The translations under genes were made by a program, and so were the position numbers. A DNA stretch of 64,000 nucleotides, taken from positions 35,907-99,906 of the IMG/VR virus record IMGVR_UViG_3300015608_004761, one strand, 5' to 3'. Below the pieces are notes generated by a model, which had not been told where the DNA came from, made no database searches, and saw nothing but the letters and a program-made list of their open reading frames with translations. Position 1 is the stretch's first letter. Each line of letters begins with the position of its first letter. Source of the DNA: a virus. Its lineage: Duplodnaviria > Caudoviricetes. This document shows, piece by piece, positions 48,501-57,855 of this stretch.

Positions 48501-48843
48501 GCACCAGCTCACCACCGAACCCTCGGCCCTGGAGACCGGCGAGCTGTCGATGGTGAAGAACGTCGACTTCCTCGCCATCAACTACTCGGACCTGATCCGT
48601 GGGTTCCTGCGGCAGTACAACAACATCCCCGAGGCCCTCGGGGAGATCTACCGCTCGGTGGTGGACAACACGAACCTCCTCAAGGGGCAGTACGTGGCCA
48701 AGATCGGCCCGCCGCTCCTGGAGGGCACCATCACCTCGCTCGCCCAGAGCGAGACGAGCGCCGACACGGCCGAGCTCTTCTTCGACGCGAAGATCAGCGC
48801 GCCGCTCAACAACGTCGGCTTCCACCTCGTCGTCAGGAAGTGA
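45505..48843 (+). CDS. Contractile tail sheath protein with inserted domains
   Basis: 1112 aa; C-terminal HQLTT..ELSMVKNVDF..PLNNV sheath-like region; followed by the tube gene. Confidence 0.75.
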   Translation: MSLKPLILVYLEIAQPSVTPATPVLNTVIVGPACDVFDYPDDAQATLLTDTYGRLEAGSGYAPPVSGTDAVRVLDGGYPSQSAGARVDHDSVYFTLKTPRVILGSTNLSGSVAPVLGTSVTTSEADRTLLTFNSPTANLLQALVQPGDRVILTSSFGQEFVGTVALVGEPNAAGLVPSGNENLLRLTSQLPSPNVAATGTITAIAASSLLDGETFTLDDGINPPTVFEFDTGSSVGAGHVAIAIASQTATQVRDLMRAAINGVGSGLRITATDLGSTGLTLTNDVPGDQGNTTISDTVVDAGFTHTNMAGGTSEPSQWAYDDAAECRIERVLSTTRLSDPSRTYVVFPEPGSDEVVVRGGVSVSIRGTPAASVGTPSPAPQTVSRALSYAELYVSYVALRQDLQSLAKAIPTDSQSLNGVPIVRGIGKVDARNPLAVGVKLALANGGNVPIYYYGVSARDSSGYDNARARLASRNDLYCFVPLTQDLNVHAAFKAAFVQNANPLYCRERGVRQRFRIVLGSVPMPTEQTIYEGSISGVSSDAGQSTGRYRTISIAAASTGSAPATGAAEDIDFSYVLPGDTVTIGLSAGGTSAWQNRRGTHRVGHVNTSQDFPNSGDPAALEVIPGSSRWDDTAGATVDDIEILVRGPDGSTKFSSTASTDVSTGAGGTLGTVRYSMRLPTVVGGPYTVRYVASGDADHVVGVALAGFAITVTVGSLVTHTELATAVNAHPGVSAVLAAAVTAGGGNAVVPGSQSPAAPASILPASGDCSAQVLVNDALYTQLTDGSATFLQANVKPGDLVEIPADPNNYDPLAYSGRLLTYRVGAVQNENRLRIAGGTDDGADAATELPHFFNRTLQARYLDNTAPNAINYRVRRTLTSFDRALALVSIAQSVRSSRLTLMWPDLVGVSELADGGLPRALPAVPTRAGLVPSYYLACAVGGVIAGVPPQMGLTGGSFIGFDRVSHTADSFNEEELSLISDGGFFLCTQETEGALIQCEHQLTTEPSALETGELSMVKNVDFLAINYSDLIRGFLRQYNNIPEALGEIYRSVVDNTNLLKGQYVAKIGPPLLEGTITSLAQSETSADTAELFFDAKISAPLNNVGFHLVVRK

Positions 48844-48850
48844 CCGGCGA

Positions 48851-49462
48851 ATGGAGCTTTACGAGAAGTTCGCGCACGCCAAGACGGCCGGGCTCATCGG
48901 CACGGCCGCCCGTGGCGCCCTGAGCGTCGGCAAGGGCCTCGTCATGCCCTTCTCGGGGGCCGGGGCCAAGGCGTCGCTCGGCCAGAAAGCCCTACACGCG
49001 GGCGCGAGCGCGTACGCCATCGGCGCCCCGATAGCCGACTCGGTCGCCCCGTCGGCCAAGCCCCCCGCCACCGCCCATATCGCCGGACGCACCTTCGGGA
49101 GCGGCCAGCGCGACAACTCGGGCGGGATGAAGTCGGCCGCCCTCGACGAGCGGCTCTCGCGGCTGGTCAAGGTGGCCCTCTCGATCGGGCCCTTCTCGCT
49201 CCAGCACCCGAAGGACCTGATCGACATCGGGAGCTACGGGGCGATGATCGGCTCGAAGCTCCTCCCGCACGACCACCCGTGGCACACCGGTCTGGAGGCT
49301 GCGGGGCTGATCGGCCTCGGCAGCTCGGTGGGCGCCGACATGCTCATGGACCCCGGCGAGCGCAAGCCCGGTGCCAAGGACCTTGCGGGCCTCGCCCTCT
49401 TCGGCAGCGCCCTCTACGACCGCTGGAAGCGCGAGCACGGCCCCGGCGCCCCCACCCACTAA
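48851..49462 (+). CDS. KxA-motif Gly-rich putative internal virion protein
   Basis: EKFAHAKTAG, KSAA, KVAL. Confidence 0.6.
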   Translation: MELYEKFAHAKTAGLIGTAARGALSVGKGLVMPFSGAGAKASLGQKALHAGASAYAIGAPIADSVAPSAKPPATAHIAGRTFGSGQRDNSGGMKSAALDERLSRLVKVALSIGPFSLQHPKDLIDIGSYGAMIGSKLLPHDHPWHTGLEAAGLIGLGSSVGADMLMDPGERKPGAKDLAGLALFGSALYDRWKREHGPGAPTH

Positions 49463-49483
49463 CCTTCCCCCGGAGTCAACGAG

Positions 49484-50266
49484 ATGCCCGCCTATCCCAT
49501 CGGAGTCACCCGAAGCCTCGGCACCTGGGGGTTCAACAACCGCCACGTCGAGCGGATGAACGACAACGCCACGTACGACGCGGCGCACCCCGACGACACG
49601 CTGATCCTGGCGGGCCCGGCGCGCCGCGCCGTCGCCAGGAGTGACCGCTCCAGCGCCCGCACCCTGCGCGCGCTCGGGATGTTCCAGACGTTCTCGATGC
49701 AGTCGCAGGCGCCCGTCCAGCCGATGATGGCCATCGGCTCGGCGCGCTCCTTCTTCCTGCGCGGCAAGAGCCAGTCCTCCTGGTCGATCCAGCGCGTGAT
49801 GCTGAACGGCCTGAACCTGCTGCGCGCGCTCTACCACAACGCGGTGGAGGCCGGCGTCAACGTCGACCAGTTCGACGACCCCGCCGCGATGGAGGGCTCG
49901 CCCCAAAGCCAGTTCTTCATCAACCTGGACTCCGAGCTCTTCTACATTCCGTTCGGCCTGGGCGTGCTCATGCGCACGAAGTCCCACACCCTGGTGGGCG
50001 GCTGCTACATCGAGCTGTCGCTCATCGGCACCTGGGGCACGCAGATCGCGGGCGGCCAGTCGATGCTCGTCGAGAGCGTGACGGGCTTCGCCGATCGCAT
50101 CCTGCCCTTCCAGGCCAGCGACGCGATGAGCGTCCCGCGCGTGCCGCGCTTCCTCATGGACGCCGTGCTCGGCCTCGCCCCGAACAACTCGCCCGGCGCG
50201 GTGTACGACCGGATCGGCGAGCAGGGCGCCGGGGGCCTGGACGACGCTTCGGTCCCCGCCCTCTGA
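49484..50266 (+). CDS. Tail tube protein
   Basis: LGMFQTFSMQS..MAIGSAR..SIQRVML; follows the sheath gene. Confidence 0.6.
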   Translation: MPAYPIGVTRSLGTWGFNNRHVERMNDNATYDAAHPDDTLILAGPARRAVARSDRSSARTLRALGMFQTFSMQSQAPVQPMMAIGSARSFFLRGKSQSSWSIQRVMLNGLNLLRALYHNAVEAGVNVDQFDDPAAMEGSPQSQFFINLDSELFYIPFGLGVLMRTKSHTLVGGCYIELSLIGTWGTQIAGGQSMLVESVTGFADRILPFQASDAMSVPRVPRFLMDAVLGLAPNNSPGAVYDRIGEQGAGGLDDASVPAL

Positions 50267-50304
50267 CGCTGTACGGCGTACTCCGAGGCGCGTAGCTTCG
50301 AGTC

Positions 50305-51666
50305 ATGACCCGCCGCTCCGAACAACTCCCCTCCACCCCGGACCCGCTGATCCCGGACCCCGCCCCGCCCGGCGCCAGCCCCCTCGTCGGGGGCGCGGCG
50401 CACATGGAGCGAGGGGTGGTCCTGGAGACCGACGCCCGCCGCCACAGCTACCGCGTCCAGATGCCATCGGGCCGGGTGGTGTCCATGGGCCGCATAGCCT
50501 CGGGCCCCGGGGACACGACGCTCCTGCCGCACGGCTGCAACGTGGCCGTGACGTGGGCGCTGGGCCTGCCGTACATCCTCGGCGTCCTGCCCGACGACAC
50601 GGCCCACTCGGACGCGGGACCCCAGATCACCCCCCAGGCGGGCCAAGGGGGCCAGGACCCGGCCCTCGACCGGCACTTGCCGGCATCAAGCCGCAACCGC
50701 AACGCCCCGGTGGACATGCTCCCGGGGGACGCCCTGATCCAGGGGCCGGACGGGGCGCTCGTCGGCGCCCTGAGGGGCGAGCACGCCACACTCTCCGGCG
50801 GGCCGCTCGCGCGCGTCGAGGCCCTGGGCGACCAGGACCGGCTGGAGCTGGTCGCGGGCGAGATGCGGCAGACGACCTGGATGGGCTACCAGGAGGTCGT
50901 CAACGAGGACGGCAAGACGAGCCTCCGCTTTCGGGGCGGCAGCGACCAGCTCACCCAGACGGGCCCCGACGAGGCCCGCTACACGATCCAGTGGGACGTG
51001 GGTCACGCGGGCGACCTCGTGCGCTTCGAGCTCACGAACCGCGAGGGTCAGGCCCTCTTCCGCGTGCACGTAGACGCGCACGGCCGCATGGAGCTCTTCG
51101 CGGCGGGCGGCATCGCCCAGACCCACGGCGACGGCCCGGAAGCCGTGCAGGAGAGCGCCCACCACGGCCGCGCCTCCCACGAGGTGACCGGCGATTCGAC
51201 CCACGTCACGGGGGGCGAGCACCGTCAGACGGCCGCCACGTGGCGCACGATCGTCGAGGGTCTCGCCGAGATCCAGAGCGGCGGTTCGGTGAACGTCGTG
51301 GGCACCGATCGGGTGCAGGTCCTGGCCGGAGGCGAGGCCGTCCTCTCGGCGGCCGACCGGGCGCGCCTCTCGGGTCGGGGCGTGACTGTCAACCCGGGCG
51401 TGCAGGACTTCCTCGTCGACACGACCGTGAACGACATGATCGTCCTCGGGCGCGGGGCGTCCAACCACGGCGTGATGTACGAGCCGCTTGACCGGGTGCT
51501 CCAGGTCATCGTTCGGCGCCTCGACCAGCTCGCCAGCGCCTTCGCCGGGCACACCCACCCGGTCTCCTTGGGGGTCGCCGGCCCCAACCCCGCCTACCTT
51601 TCGTTCGCGACGCCCACGGTCTACCAGCCGCTCCCGATGCGGTCCAGGCTCGTCAAGCTCCTATGA
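50305..51666 (+). CDS. Baseplate central spike (gp5/gpV-like)
   Basis: N-terminal OB-like region, beta-repeat body, C-terminal HTHPV. Confidence 0.6.
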   Translation: MTRRSEQLPSTPDPLIPDPAPPGASPLVGGAAHMERGVVLETDARRHSYRVQMPSGRVVSMGRIASGPGDTTLLPHGCNVAVTWALGLPYILGVLPDDTAHSDAGPQITPQAGQGGQDPALDRHLPASSRNRNAPVDMLPGDALIQGPDGALVGALRGEHATLSGGPLARVEALGDQDRLELVAGEMRQTTWMGYQEVVNEDGKTSLRFRGGSDQLTQTGPDEARYTIQWDVGHAGDLVRFELTNREGQALFRVHVDAHGRMELFAAGGIAQTHGDGPEAVQESAHHGRASHEVTGDSTHVTGGEHRQTAATWRTIVEGLAEIQSGGSVNVVGTDRVQVLAGGEAVLSAADRARLSGRGVTVNPGVQDFLVDTTVNDMIVLGRGASNHGVMYEPLDRVLQVIVRRLDQLASAFAGHTHPVSLGVAGPNPAYLSFATPTVYQPLPMRSRLVKLL

Positions 51667-51724
51667 ACACCGCCTACACTTCACCCAGCAACGGCCTCCG
51701 CGTGGGGCCCCCAGGAGACACCCC

Positions 51725-53329
51725 ATGTTGGATCTGACGCTCATCGGCTATGGCAACTTCTCGGTCGCCGACGAGATCGCCCTCGAAACCATGGCCCCCG
51801 AGGCGCAGTTTCGCGGGCAGACCCTCGACCAGGACATCAACTCGGTCGTCGTGCGGATGACCGAGGCGTCGTGGGACCGCATCCGCCCGCGCGTGCGCGA
51901 CATGTCCCAGCGCCGCATCCCGGCCGTGGACGCGAACGGCGCCGCCGTCCCGAACGTGACCCGCCCCGCGATGGAGTACTCCGTCGTGCCGGTCCCCGCG
52001 CGCCTGCCCCGCCTGACCCAGATCGAGCCCACCGCCCCGGTGAGCCTCGTCACCGACGGCGTCCTCACGCTGCGCGGGGTGAACCTGCTCGGGGGCATGC
52101 CGGCCGAGTACGACGTCATCACCCAGAGCGGCAACACGCTGCCCGGCATGACGGGCCAGCGCCGGTTCGCGCGCGGCGTTCGGGTGCTGCACCTCCAGGC
52201 CGTGCCCCTCGGCCCCGTCGGCAACCGCATCGGCGTGCGCTTCGCGGCGGCCTCGGGTGCCGGCTCGGTGAGCGTGAAGATGAAGCGCGACGGTGAGATC
52301 CTCATCGACGTCGTGCCAGCCTCGGGGTCGGACGACGCCACGAGCGTGGCGGCGCAGATCGCGGCTTCGGCGGCGGCCCTCTTCGTCACGGCCACGGCGA
52401 TCGTGGGCTCGGCCAAGGTGCCGCCCACCAACCAGGACCAGTCGCCCCTCAGCGCGGTCCAGGTGATCCGCCAGCCGTACGCGATGCTGCACGGTGGGGA
52501 CGGCGGTGGCGTCGCCGAGGTGAACTTCCTCGTCTCCGGCACCGACCCGACCAACCGCCTGCGCATCGTCGCGCAGAAGGCCGGCACGCCGTCCAACGGC
52601 ATTCGCGTGAAGCTGGTGATGGACCAGGGCTCCAACTCCGTCTCGGTGAGCGGCAAGACCATCACCGTCAACCGCACGGGCTCGACCGAGACCATCGCCA
52701 ACCTCGTCACGGCCATCAACGGCAACGCGAGCGCGGCGGCCCTCGTGGCGGCCTCGGCGGTCGGCTCGGGGTCCCTCGACGACTGCGACGCCTACCTCTA
52801 CGGCGGCTCGGGCGAGGAGCCCGTGGCCACCGTCGGCGGCGCCTCGGCCGCGATCACCGGCCACACCGACTCCGCGATGGTCCTCAGCGTGACGGCGGCG
52901 GCCCTCGGGACGGCAGGCGTCGCGAACCTGGAGGACGCGGTGATCCAGGTCGTGATGGGCACCGAGCAGCTCCAGGGCCAGCAGACGGCCGGCGGCGGCG
53001 AGACGCGCAGCGCGGTGCGCGCCCGCGTCCGCGCCCAGGCCAACGTGACCCTCGCCACCCCGGGCGCCAACATCGACAGCACCGCCATGGCGGCGGGCCA
53101 GAAGTTCTGGGCCGACGCCCAGACCACCGGCTCGCAGGACGGCCTCTACGTCTGGAACGGCGCGGCCGTGCCCGCCACGCGCGCCCCCGAGGTCCCGGTG
53201 GGCTTCCGCGCGAGCGGCCTGCTGGTCTCTATCGCCGAGGGCACCGACGCCGGCAAGGTCCAGCAGGTCACCAACGCAGCGGGGTCGGACGTCGTCGGCA
53301 CGGCCAACCTCACCACCGCCGCCGTCTGA
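51725..53329 (+). CDS. Structural protein (sheath-like beta domains plus a fibre-like C-terminal module)
   Basis: AGGAG RBS; G..GN.I.V repeats; AQTTGSQDGLYVWNG..TRA. Confidence 0.55.
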   Translation: MLDLTLIGYGNFSVADEIALETMAPEAQFRGQTLDQDINSVVVRMTEASWDRIRPRVRDMSQRRIPAVDANGAAVPNVTRPAMEYSVVPVPARLPRLTQIEPTAPVSLVTDGVLTLRGVNLLGGMPAEYDVITQSGNTLPGMTGQRRFARGVRVLHLQAVPLGPVGNRIGVRFAAASGAGSVSVKMKRDGEILIDVVPASGSDDATSVAAQIAASAAALFVTATAIVGSAKVPPTNQDQSPLSAVQVIRQPYAMLHGGDGGGVAEVNFLVSGTDPTNRLRIVAQKAGTPSNGIRVKLVMDQGSNSVSVSGKTITVNRTGSTETIANLVTAINGNASAAALVAASAVGSGSLDDCDAYLYGGSGEEPVATVGGASAAITGHTDSAMVLSVTAAALGTAGVANLEDAVIQVVMGTEQLQGQQTAGGGETRSAVRARVRAQANVTLATPGANIDSTAMAAGQKFWADAQTTGSQDGLYVWNGAAVPATRAPEVPVGFRASGLLVSIAEGTDAGKVQQVTNAAGSDVVGTANLTTAAV

Positions 53330-53332
53330 CCG

Positions 53333-54124
53333 TCAGGACTTCGGGGTGCCCTTCGGGGCGCCCTTCTGGCCGCCCTGGCCCTTCCCCTCCACCGCCACCT
53401 TCCCGGCCTCCCCAGCCCCCGCCTGGGGCGCTGGCGGGGCCTGTCCGAGCCCCGAGAGGGGGTCGCCCGCCCCGGCGTCGCCCGGGGGCTCCGGGGGGCT
53501 CGGCTCGGGCGCCTGGGTCTGGCCGGGGGCGAAGACCGACTGGGGGTGGTGCTCGCCGCCCGCCCCCAGCGAGGGGTCGCGCGTGGGGCTCGTCGCGGCC
53601 TCGGGGCTCTTCATGGGCTCGAACACCGAGCTCGGGTTCTCCTCGCGCGAGGGGGGCGGCGGCGCCTTGGCGAGGCCGCCCCCGTAGAGGGAGGCCGGGG
53701 TCGCGACCCCACGCGCCGTGGCGGCCGACATGGGGTCCTTGGCGAGCTGCTCGGAGACGAGCTTGGACTCCTTGGGGATGTAGGTCTGGGACACGCCGAT
53801 GGCGGTGCCCACAGCTGTGGCGGGGGAGTCGGGGCTCTTGGCGAGCTGCTCGGACACGAGGCGGCTCTCCTGGGGGAGCGACCGGACTCGCTGACTCGGG
53901 GGGCTGCCCTCGGGCACGAGCTGGAGGCGTACGTCGTATTCCCCTCCCTCCTCGTCGACGACGGCGCAGAGGCTCATGCGGACCTGCCGGTCGGGCAGCA
54001 CGAGGGTGACGGGCAGCCGGTTCTGGCCCCCCTCGAAGTGGAAGGTGATGGCCTCCCCGGTGTGGGGGTTCTGGAGCTGGGTGAACAGGCCCGTCGTCGC
54101 GAGCAGTTCCGATTCCTTGGACAT
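53333..54124 (-). CDS. Hypothetical Pro-rich protein with an internal repeat
   Basis: GGAGG RBS; ES(R/K)LVSEQLAK twice. Confidence 0.65.
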   Translation of the reverse strand: MSKESELLATTGLFTQLQNPHTGEAITFHFEGGQNRLPVTLVLPDRQVRMSLCAVVDEEGGEYDVRLQLVPEGSPPSQRVRSLPQESRLVSEQLAKSPDSPATAVGTAIGVSQTYIPKESKLVSEQLAKDPMSAATARGVATPASLYGGGLAKAPPPPSREENPSSVFEPMKSPEAATSPTRDPSLGAGGEHHPQSVFAPGQTQAPEPSPPEPPGDAGAGDPLSGLGQAPPAPQAGAGEAGKVAVEGKGQGGQKGAPKGTPKS

Positions 54125-54265
54125 GGGGTATCCTCCGTAGCGTGTGGACTCAACGCCCCCGGCTCATCAACCTGGGCCGGGCCATCGAGAGACTGATTGT
54201 GACCGTAATGCGCGCGGAGGCCGCCCACAAGCTGACGCGCCTGCGGAATGTCCTGGAGAGCGCCG

Positions 54266-55936
54266 ATGCCGTGGATCAAAGCTGCCCCGACCCTGCCGCC
54301 GGAAGTGACGGGGGCGGCACAGACTCTGACGGGCAGCCTGTCGGCCCTGCGGACGGCGGTGACGCTGGTCCAGACCCAGGTTAGGGCCGCGATCGCGCTC
54401 GCGCGAACGGACGCCGTGGGGGCGCTCGACTCGGCCCAGGGCGTGGTCAACGCCCTCACGGGCGCCGTGCGCGACGGGGTGAACGCGCTGCTCGACGACG
54501 GGGGAGGCTACCTCCTTATCGTGCCCACCCCCAAGAAGGGCTTGACGGGGTTCGTGCAAGGGTTCGTCGACCCGCCCTCGGTCTTGCCGGCCGGGGCGCT
54601 GCGCGCCGGGGTGCCCGCTTCGGTGCGCGCGACGGACGTGTGGCGGCGGGCCTTCGCCCCGGAGGGGCTCTTCACGGGCGGCAACGCCCACTACCTTCAG
54701 ACGGTGGCCGCGTCGCTCTTCGACGCTGGCGACGACTCGCGGCCCAGGTTCACGAACGACACCTACTGGGGTTACTGCGCTTTCGTCGCGGGGGCGACGG
54801 ACATCGCGGCGGCCATAAGCGTCGCCACCTACTTCGATCGGCTCTTCGGCGCCAAGATGGGGACCGAGTCCCTGGCCGCCGCGAGGTCGGGCGGGGAGCT
54901 CGTCGCCCAAGGTCTGCGCGCCCAAGCCTCGGGGCGCGGCGAAGTGGTCGTGCTCACATGGAGCCCGATCGACCCGTTGGCACTGGAGGATGACACGCGG
55001 ATGGTCGCCACGCACTACGCGATCATCCGCAGCGAGCGTCCCCAGGCCATGACCGCGCGTCAGGTGAGCGACTTGTTCTCGGACGCCGACCTTCGCGAAG
55101 GCGCCACGGGTCGGTTCGGCGCGAAGGTGTTGAAGGTGACGACGAACGACGGGTTCGTGCACCGCTACGTCGATTCCGAGCGCCTCACCCCCAACCAGAC
55201 CTACTACTACCACATCGCCGTGCGCACGCGCGTGGAGCGCCAGGGCGTGCGCGAGGACCGTGGGTACGGGCTCCTATCCTCGGCCGCACGCTACCGGCCG
55301 GAGCCGCAGCGCACCACCGGGCGGCACGGGAAGTTCCCCGACTGGTACCGCACGCCGTCGCTCGCCCGGCTCATCCCGGGTCTCTCGCGCCTGATCGACC
55401 GGATCCAGGAGGCGGTCAACACAGCCGTGAGCGTCGGTACGCGCGGGGCGACGCTCGCCGAGAGCTCGGCCGCCTTGCTCGACCGCTACGTATCCAAGAT
55501 CGACGAGACCGTCACCGAGCTGAACCTCATCCTCTCGCAGATCGAGGGTGTTTTCGAGACGCCAGACGTGGGGGTCTACCTCACGATGCGACGAGGCAAA
55601 GGCAACGTGGGATCGTTTCTCTCGGACCTGGGCATTGCCTTCTCTGACCCGAGCGACGTGAACCGACCCCCATTCGAGACGGGCAACGAGTACACGTGCG
55701 GCTCGATCATCCTCGTGGCCGCCCCGAGCGAGGACGCCTTCCTGCGGGCCTGGGCCATGCTGGAGCTGCTCTTCGGCGAAGCCTCCGAGGACGACCCCGT
55801 TCTCGCGGGGATCAACTCGATCCAAGCCGCCGTCGCCGCGACCATCCCGCCGGAGGTCGAGGCCGAACCGTCCGTCACCTTCAACCCCGACATGACCCCG
55901 CGAGCGCCCGGGACGGGCGACGCAAGCTGCGACTAA
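54266..55936 (+). CDS. Hypothetical structural/baseplate protein with an FN3-like domain
   Basis: YVDSERLTPNQTYYYHI; GGAG RBS. Confidence 0.6.
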   Translation: MPWIKAAPTLPPEVTGAAQTLTGSLSALRTAVTLVQTQVRAAIALARTDAVGALDSAQGVVNALTGAVRDGVNALLDDGGGYLLIVPTPKKGLTGFVQGFVDPPSVLPAGALRAGVPASVRATDVWRRAFAPEGLFTGGNAHYLQTVAASLFDAGDDSRPRFTNDTYWGYCAFVAGATDIAAAISVATYFDRLFGAKMGTESLAAARSGGELVAQGLRAQASGRGEVVVLTWSPIDPLALEDDTRMVATHYAIIRSERPQAMTARQVSDLFSDADLREGATGRFGAKVLKVTTNDGFVHRYVDSERLTPNQTYYYHIAVRTRVERQGVREDRGYGLLSSAARYRPEPQRTTGRHGKFPDWYRTPSLARLIPGLSRLIDRIQEAVNTAVSVGTRGATLAESSAALLDRYVSKIDETVTELNLILSQIEGVFETPDVGVYLTMRRGKGNVGSFLSDLGIAFSDPSDVNRPPFETGNEYTCGSIILVAAPSEDAFLRAWAMLELLFGEASEDDPVLAGINSIQAAVAATIPPEVEAEPSVTFNPDMTPRAPGTGDASCD

Positions 55937-55946
55937 AGGAACCACC

Positions 55947-56390
55947 ATGCCGACCTACGAATACCAGTGCCCCGATGGCCACGAGTTCGAGATCTTCGTG
56001 CAGACCGTCTCCGCGCGACCCGTGTCCCCTCCATGCCCGTGCACCGTCGGCACCCGTTACCGCCCCGACCTCTGCCCGGGTGCCTTCTCCCACGGCTACG
56101 ACGCGGCGGCCACGTGCGAGCGGTGCCCGGAGGAGCCCGAACCGTGCGAGCTGCCCGCCAAGCAGGTCTTCCGCACCCCGGCCCAAGCCTGGATCCCGGG
56201 GGTGAACAAGGAGACGGTGTTCGACTACCCCGGCAGCAAGGTCCACAAGGCCGGCTACGTGCACGGCTATGTGGACCCGGGGGTGAAGAAGGTGAGCGCG
56301 GGGGCGGGGGGCGTCCTCAACCCGTCGACGCGGGATCGGCACCCTCTGGCGAAGGTGGTTCAGCCGGACTGGAAGGCTCCGAAGGAGTGA
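55947..56390 (+). CDS. FmdB-like zinc-ribbon protein
   Basis: MPTYEYQCPDGHEFE N-terminus. Confidence 0.7.
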   Translation: MPTYEYQCPDGHEFEIFVQTVSARPVSPPCPCTVGTRYRPDLCPGAFSHGYDAAATCERCPEEPEPCELPAKQVFRTPAQAWIPGVNKETVFDYPGSKVHKAGYVHGYVDPGVKKVSAGAGGVLNPSTRDRHPLAKVVQPDWKAPKE

Positions 56391-56784
56391 CCTCCTCGCC
56401 CTCGTCGGGCGCCCCCGAGAGGCCCTGCGCGATGGGCCCGAGCTCCGGCGAGAGCTTCATCGTCCCCAGGATCTGACGCAGGAACACGATCTGGAGCGCC
56501 TCGGTCTCGTTGTCGGCCGGGAGGTCCTGGCGGGCGAGGTGGCCGGTGAGCGAGACCCACATGTGGAAGATCGCCGAGGGGGAGAGGGCCTTCAGCGTCC
56601 TCCCATCGACGCTGGTCGTCTGGATGTGGAGCTGCGGGCCGTTGAAGAGCGCCCGCACGACCAGCACCGCGTCCGCCGAGACGCCCCCGAGTTCGAGCGC
56701 CTCGCGCTCGGAGATCTCGGGGTCCTTCTCGTCGGCCGAGTAGAGGGTCAGCATCAGGGGGCGCTTGATGTCCAGGGGGTTCAT
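56317..56784 (-). CDS. Hypothetical protein
   Basis: ORF with consistent codon usage; convergent overlap. Confidence 0.55.
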   Translation of the reverse strand: MNPLDIKRPLMLTLYSADEKDPEISEREALELGGVSADAVLVVRALFNGPQLHIQTTSVDGRTLKALSPSAIFHMWVSLTGHLARQDLPADNETEALQIVFLRQILGTMKLSPELGPIAQGLSGAPDEGEEVTPSEPSSPAEPPSPEGADPASTG

Positions 56785-56816
56785 GTCCTGTCGAGAATAC
56801 GCCGTACCCTAACCGC

Positions 56817-57620
56817 ATGGCTATCACGCTCGTCAGAACGCAGTTCCTGGGTCGCAACGTCGGCGGCGGGGTCACGGCCGCCATGCGGGACGCCCTGGCC
56901 AAGGCCGAGGAGGCCCTCAAGGCCGAGCACGCCTCGCAGGCCCCTCAGGTTCCGTGGCTGGACTGGTGCGGCGTCCAGTCGATCGGCGGGTACCGGCTGA
57001 ACGGCGGCCCCCACACGCGCGGCATCGCCGTGGACCTCGACTACACGGAGAACCCCTACATCGCCACGCGCACGGCCAACCGCTACGGGGGGGAGGCCCA
57101 AGGGGCCAAGCTCCAGAAGGAGCGCCAGATGGCCGTGGCAGCGTGCGACCGGGCCGTCGCGACCACGACTTCGCTCGTCACAGCGGATCTGGCGGCGCGC
57201 CGCAAGGGCGAGTCGACGGCGTTCGTCTGGGACCGCTTCAAGGTCGTGAGCGACGCGCTGGTGAAGTACTTCGCGCCGTACTTCCGCCACGAGGGCAAGC
57301 TGGTCTCCCGCGTGCCCGTGCCCAAGCTCGGGGAGGCCGACCTCGACGACTTCGAGCCGCTGGTGCGTTCGGGCGAGCTCGTCGTGCCCCTGGCGGGCGT
57401 GCCGCTCCAGGTTCTGATCGACTACGAGGCCGTGCGCATCCCTATGGTCATCGGCAGCCCCTCGGCCGCGCCGCGCGTCACGCGCAACCCCGCGCGCGGC
57501 TTCCTCACGATCCCCCGCCACGTGACGATCGCCCTGTGCGACGTCGCCCACATGCGCTGGGGCGCCTCGGACTTCGGCCCTGCGGAGTCAGGGGACATGA
57601 TGCATTTCGACCTCGCCTGA
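56817..57620 (+). CDS. Peptidase M15-family endolysin
   Basis: GGYR..PHTRGIAVD (HxxGxAxD) and C-terminal DMMHF. Confidence 0.75.
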   Translation: MAITLVRTQFLGRNVGGGVTAAMRDALAKAEEALKAEHASQAPQVPWLDWCGVQSIGGYRLNGGPHTRGIAVDLDYTENPYIATRTANRYGGEAQGAKLQKERQMAVAACDRAVATTTSLVTADLAARRKGESTAFVWDRFKVVSDALVKYFAPYFRHEGKLVSRVPVPKLGEADLDDFEPLVRSGELVVPLAGVPLQVLIDYEAVRIPMVIGSPSAAPRVTRNPARGFLTIPRHVTIALCDVAHMRWGASDFGPAESGDMMHFDLA

Positions 57621-57657
57621 CCTGTCGGCCAAAGGAAAGCCGCCGTAGGCTTCCCGG

Positions 57658-57855
57658 GTGATTACCCGGGAAGCCTTGCGGTTGCTCGCCGACACGGGAC
57701 ACTTCGCCGTCTGCGACCCCTCCCCCGAGGGCGCGTGGTCGATCGAGTGCATCGGGTGCCAGCGCTACTACGAGGAGCCGTGCCTGATCTTCAGCGACAA
57801 CGGCCCGGTGTGCAAGAACTGCCTGAAGGCGATCTGCGACACCTACTTCGACTAG
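57658..57855 (+). CDS. Small Cys-rich protein
   Basis: CIGC..CKNC; TAGGCT 6 nt upstream. Confidence 0.5.
   Translation: MITREALRLLADTGHFAVCDPSPEGAWSIECIGCQRYYEEPCLIFSDNGPVCKNCLKAICDTYFD

Noticed and set aside
541-48825. Many very long alternative-frame and antisense ORFs (e.g. 541-2952, 8431-11952, 30201-33812, 45295-47319)
   Set aside because: Shadow ORFs expected at high GC3; Arg/Gly/Pro-rich or antisense to motif-bearing genes
45505-51666. Bacterial contractile injection system or tailocin
   Set aside because: Linked terminase, portal, capsid and replication genes indicate a complete phage
54142-54384. Small plus-strand ORF (MWTQRPRL..)
   Set aside because: Has a TATCCT box upstream but overlaps the next gene by about 120 nt and has no recognisable motif; possible but unsupported
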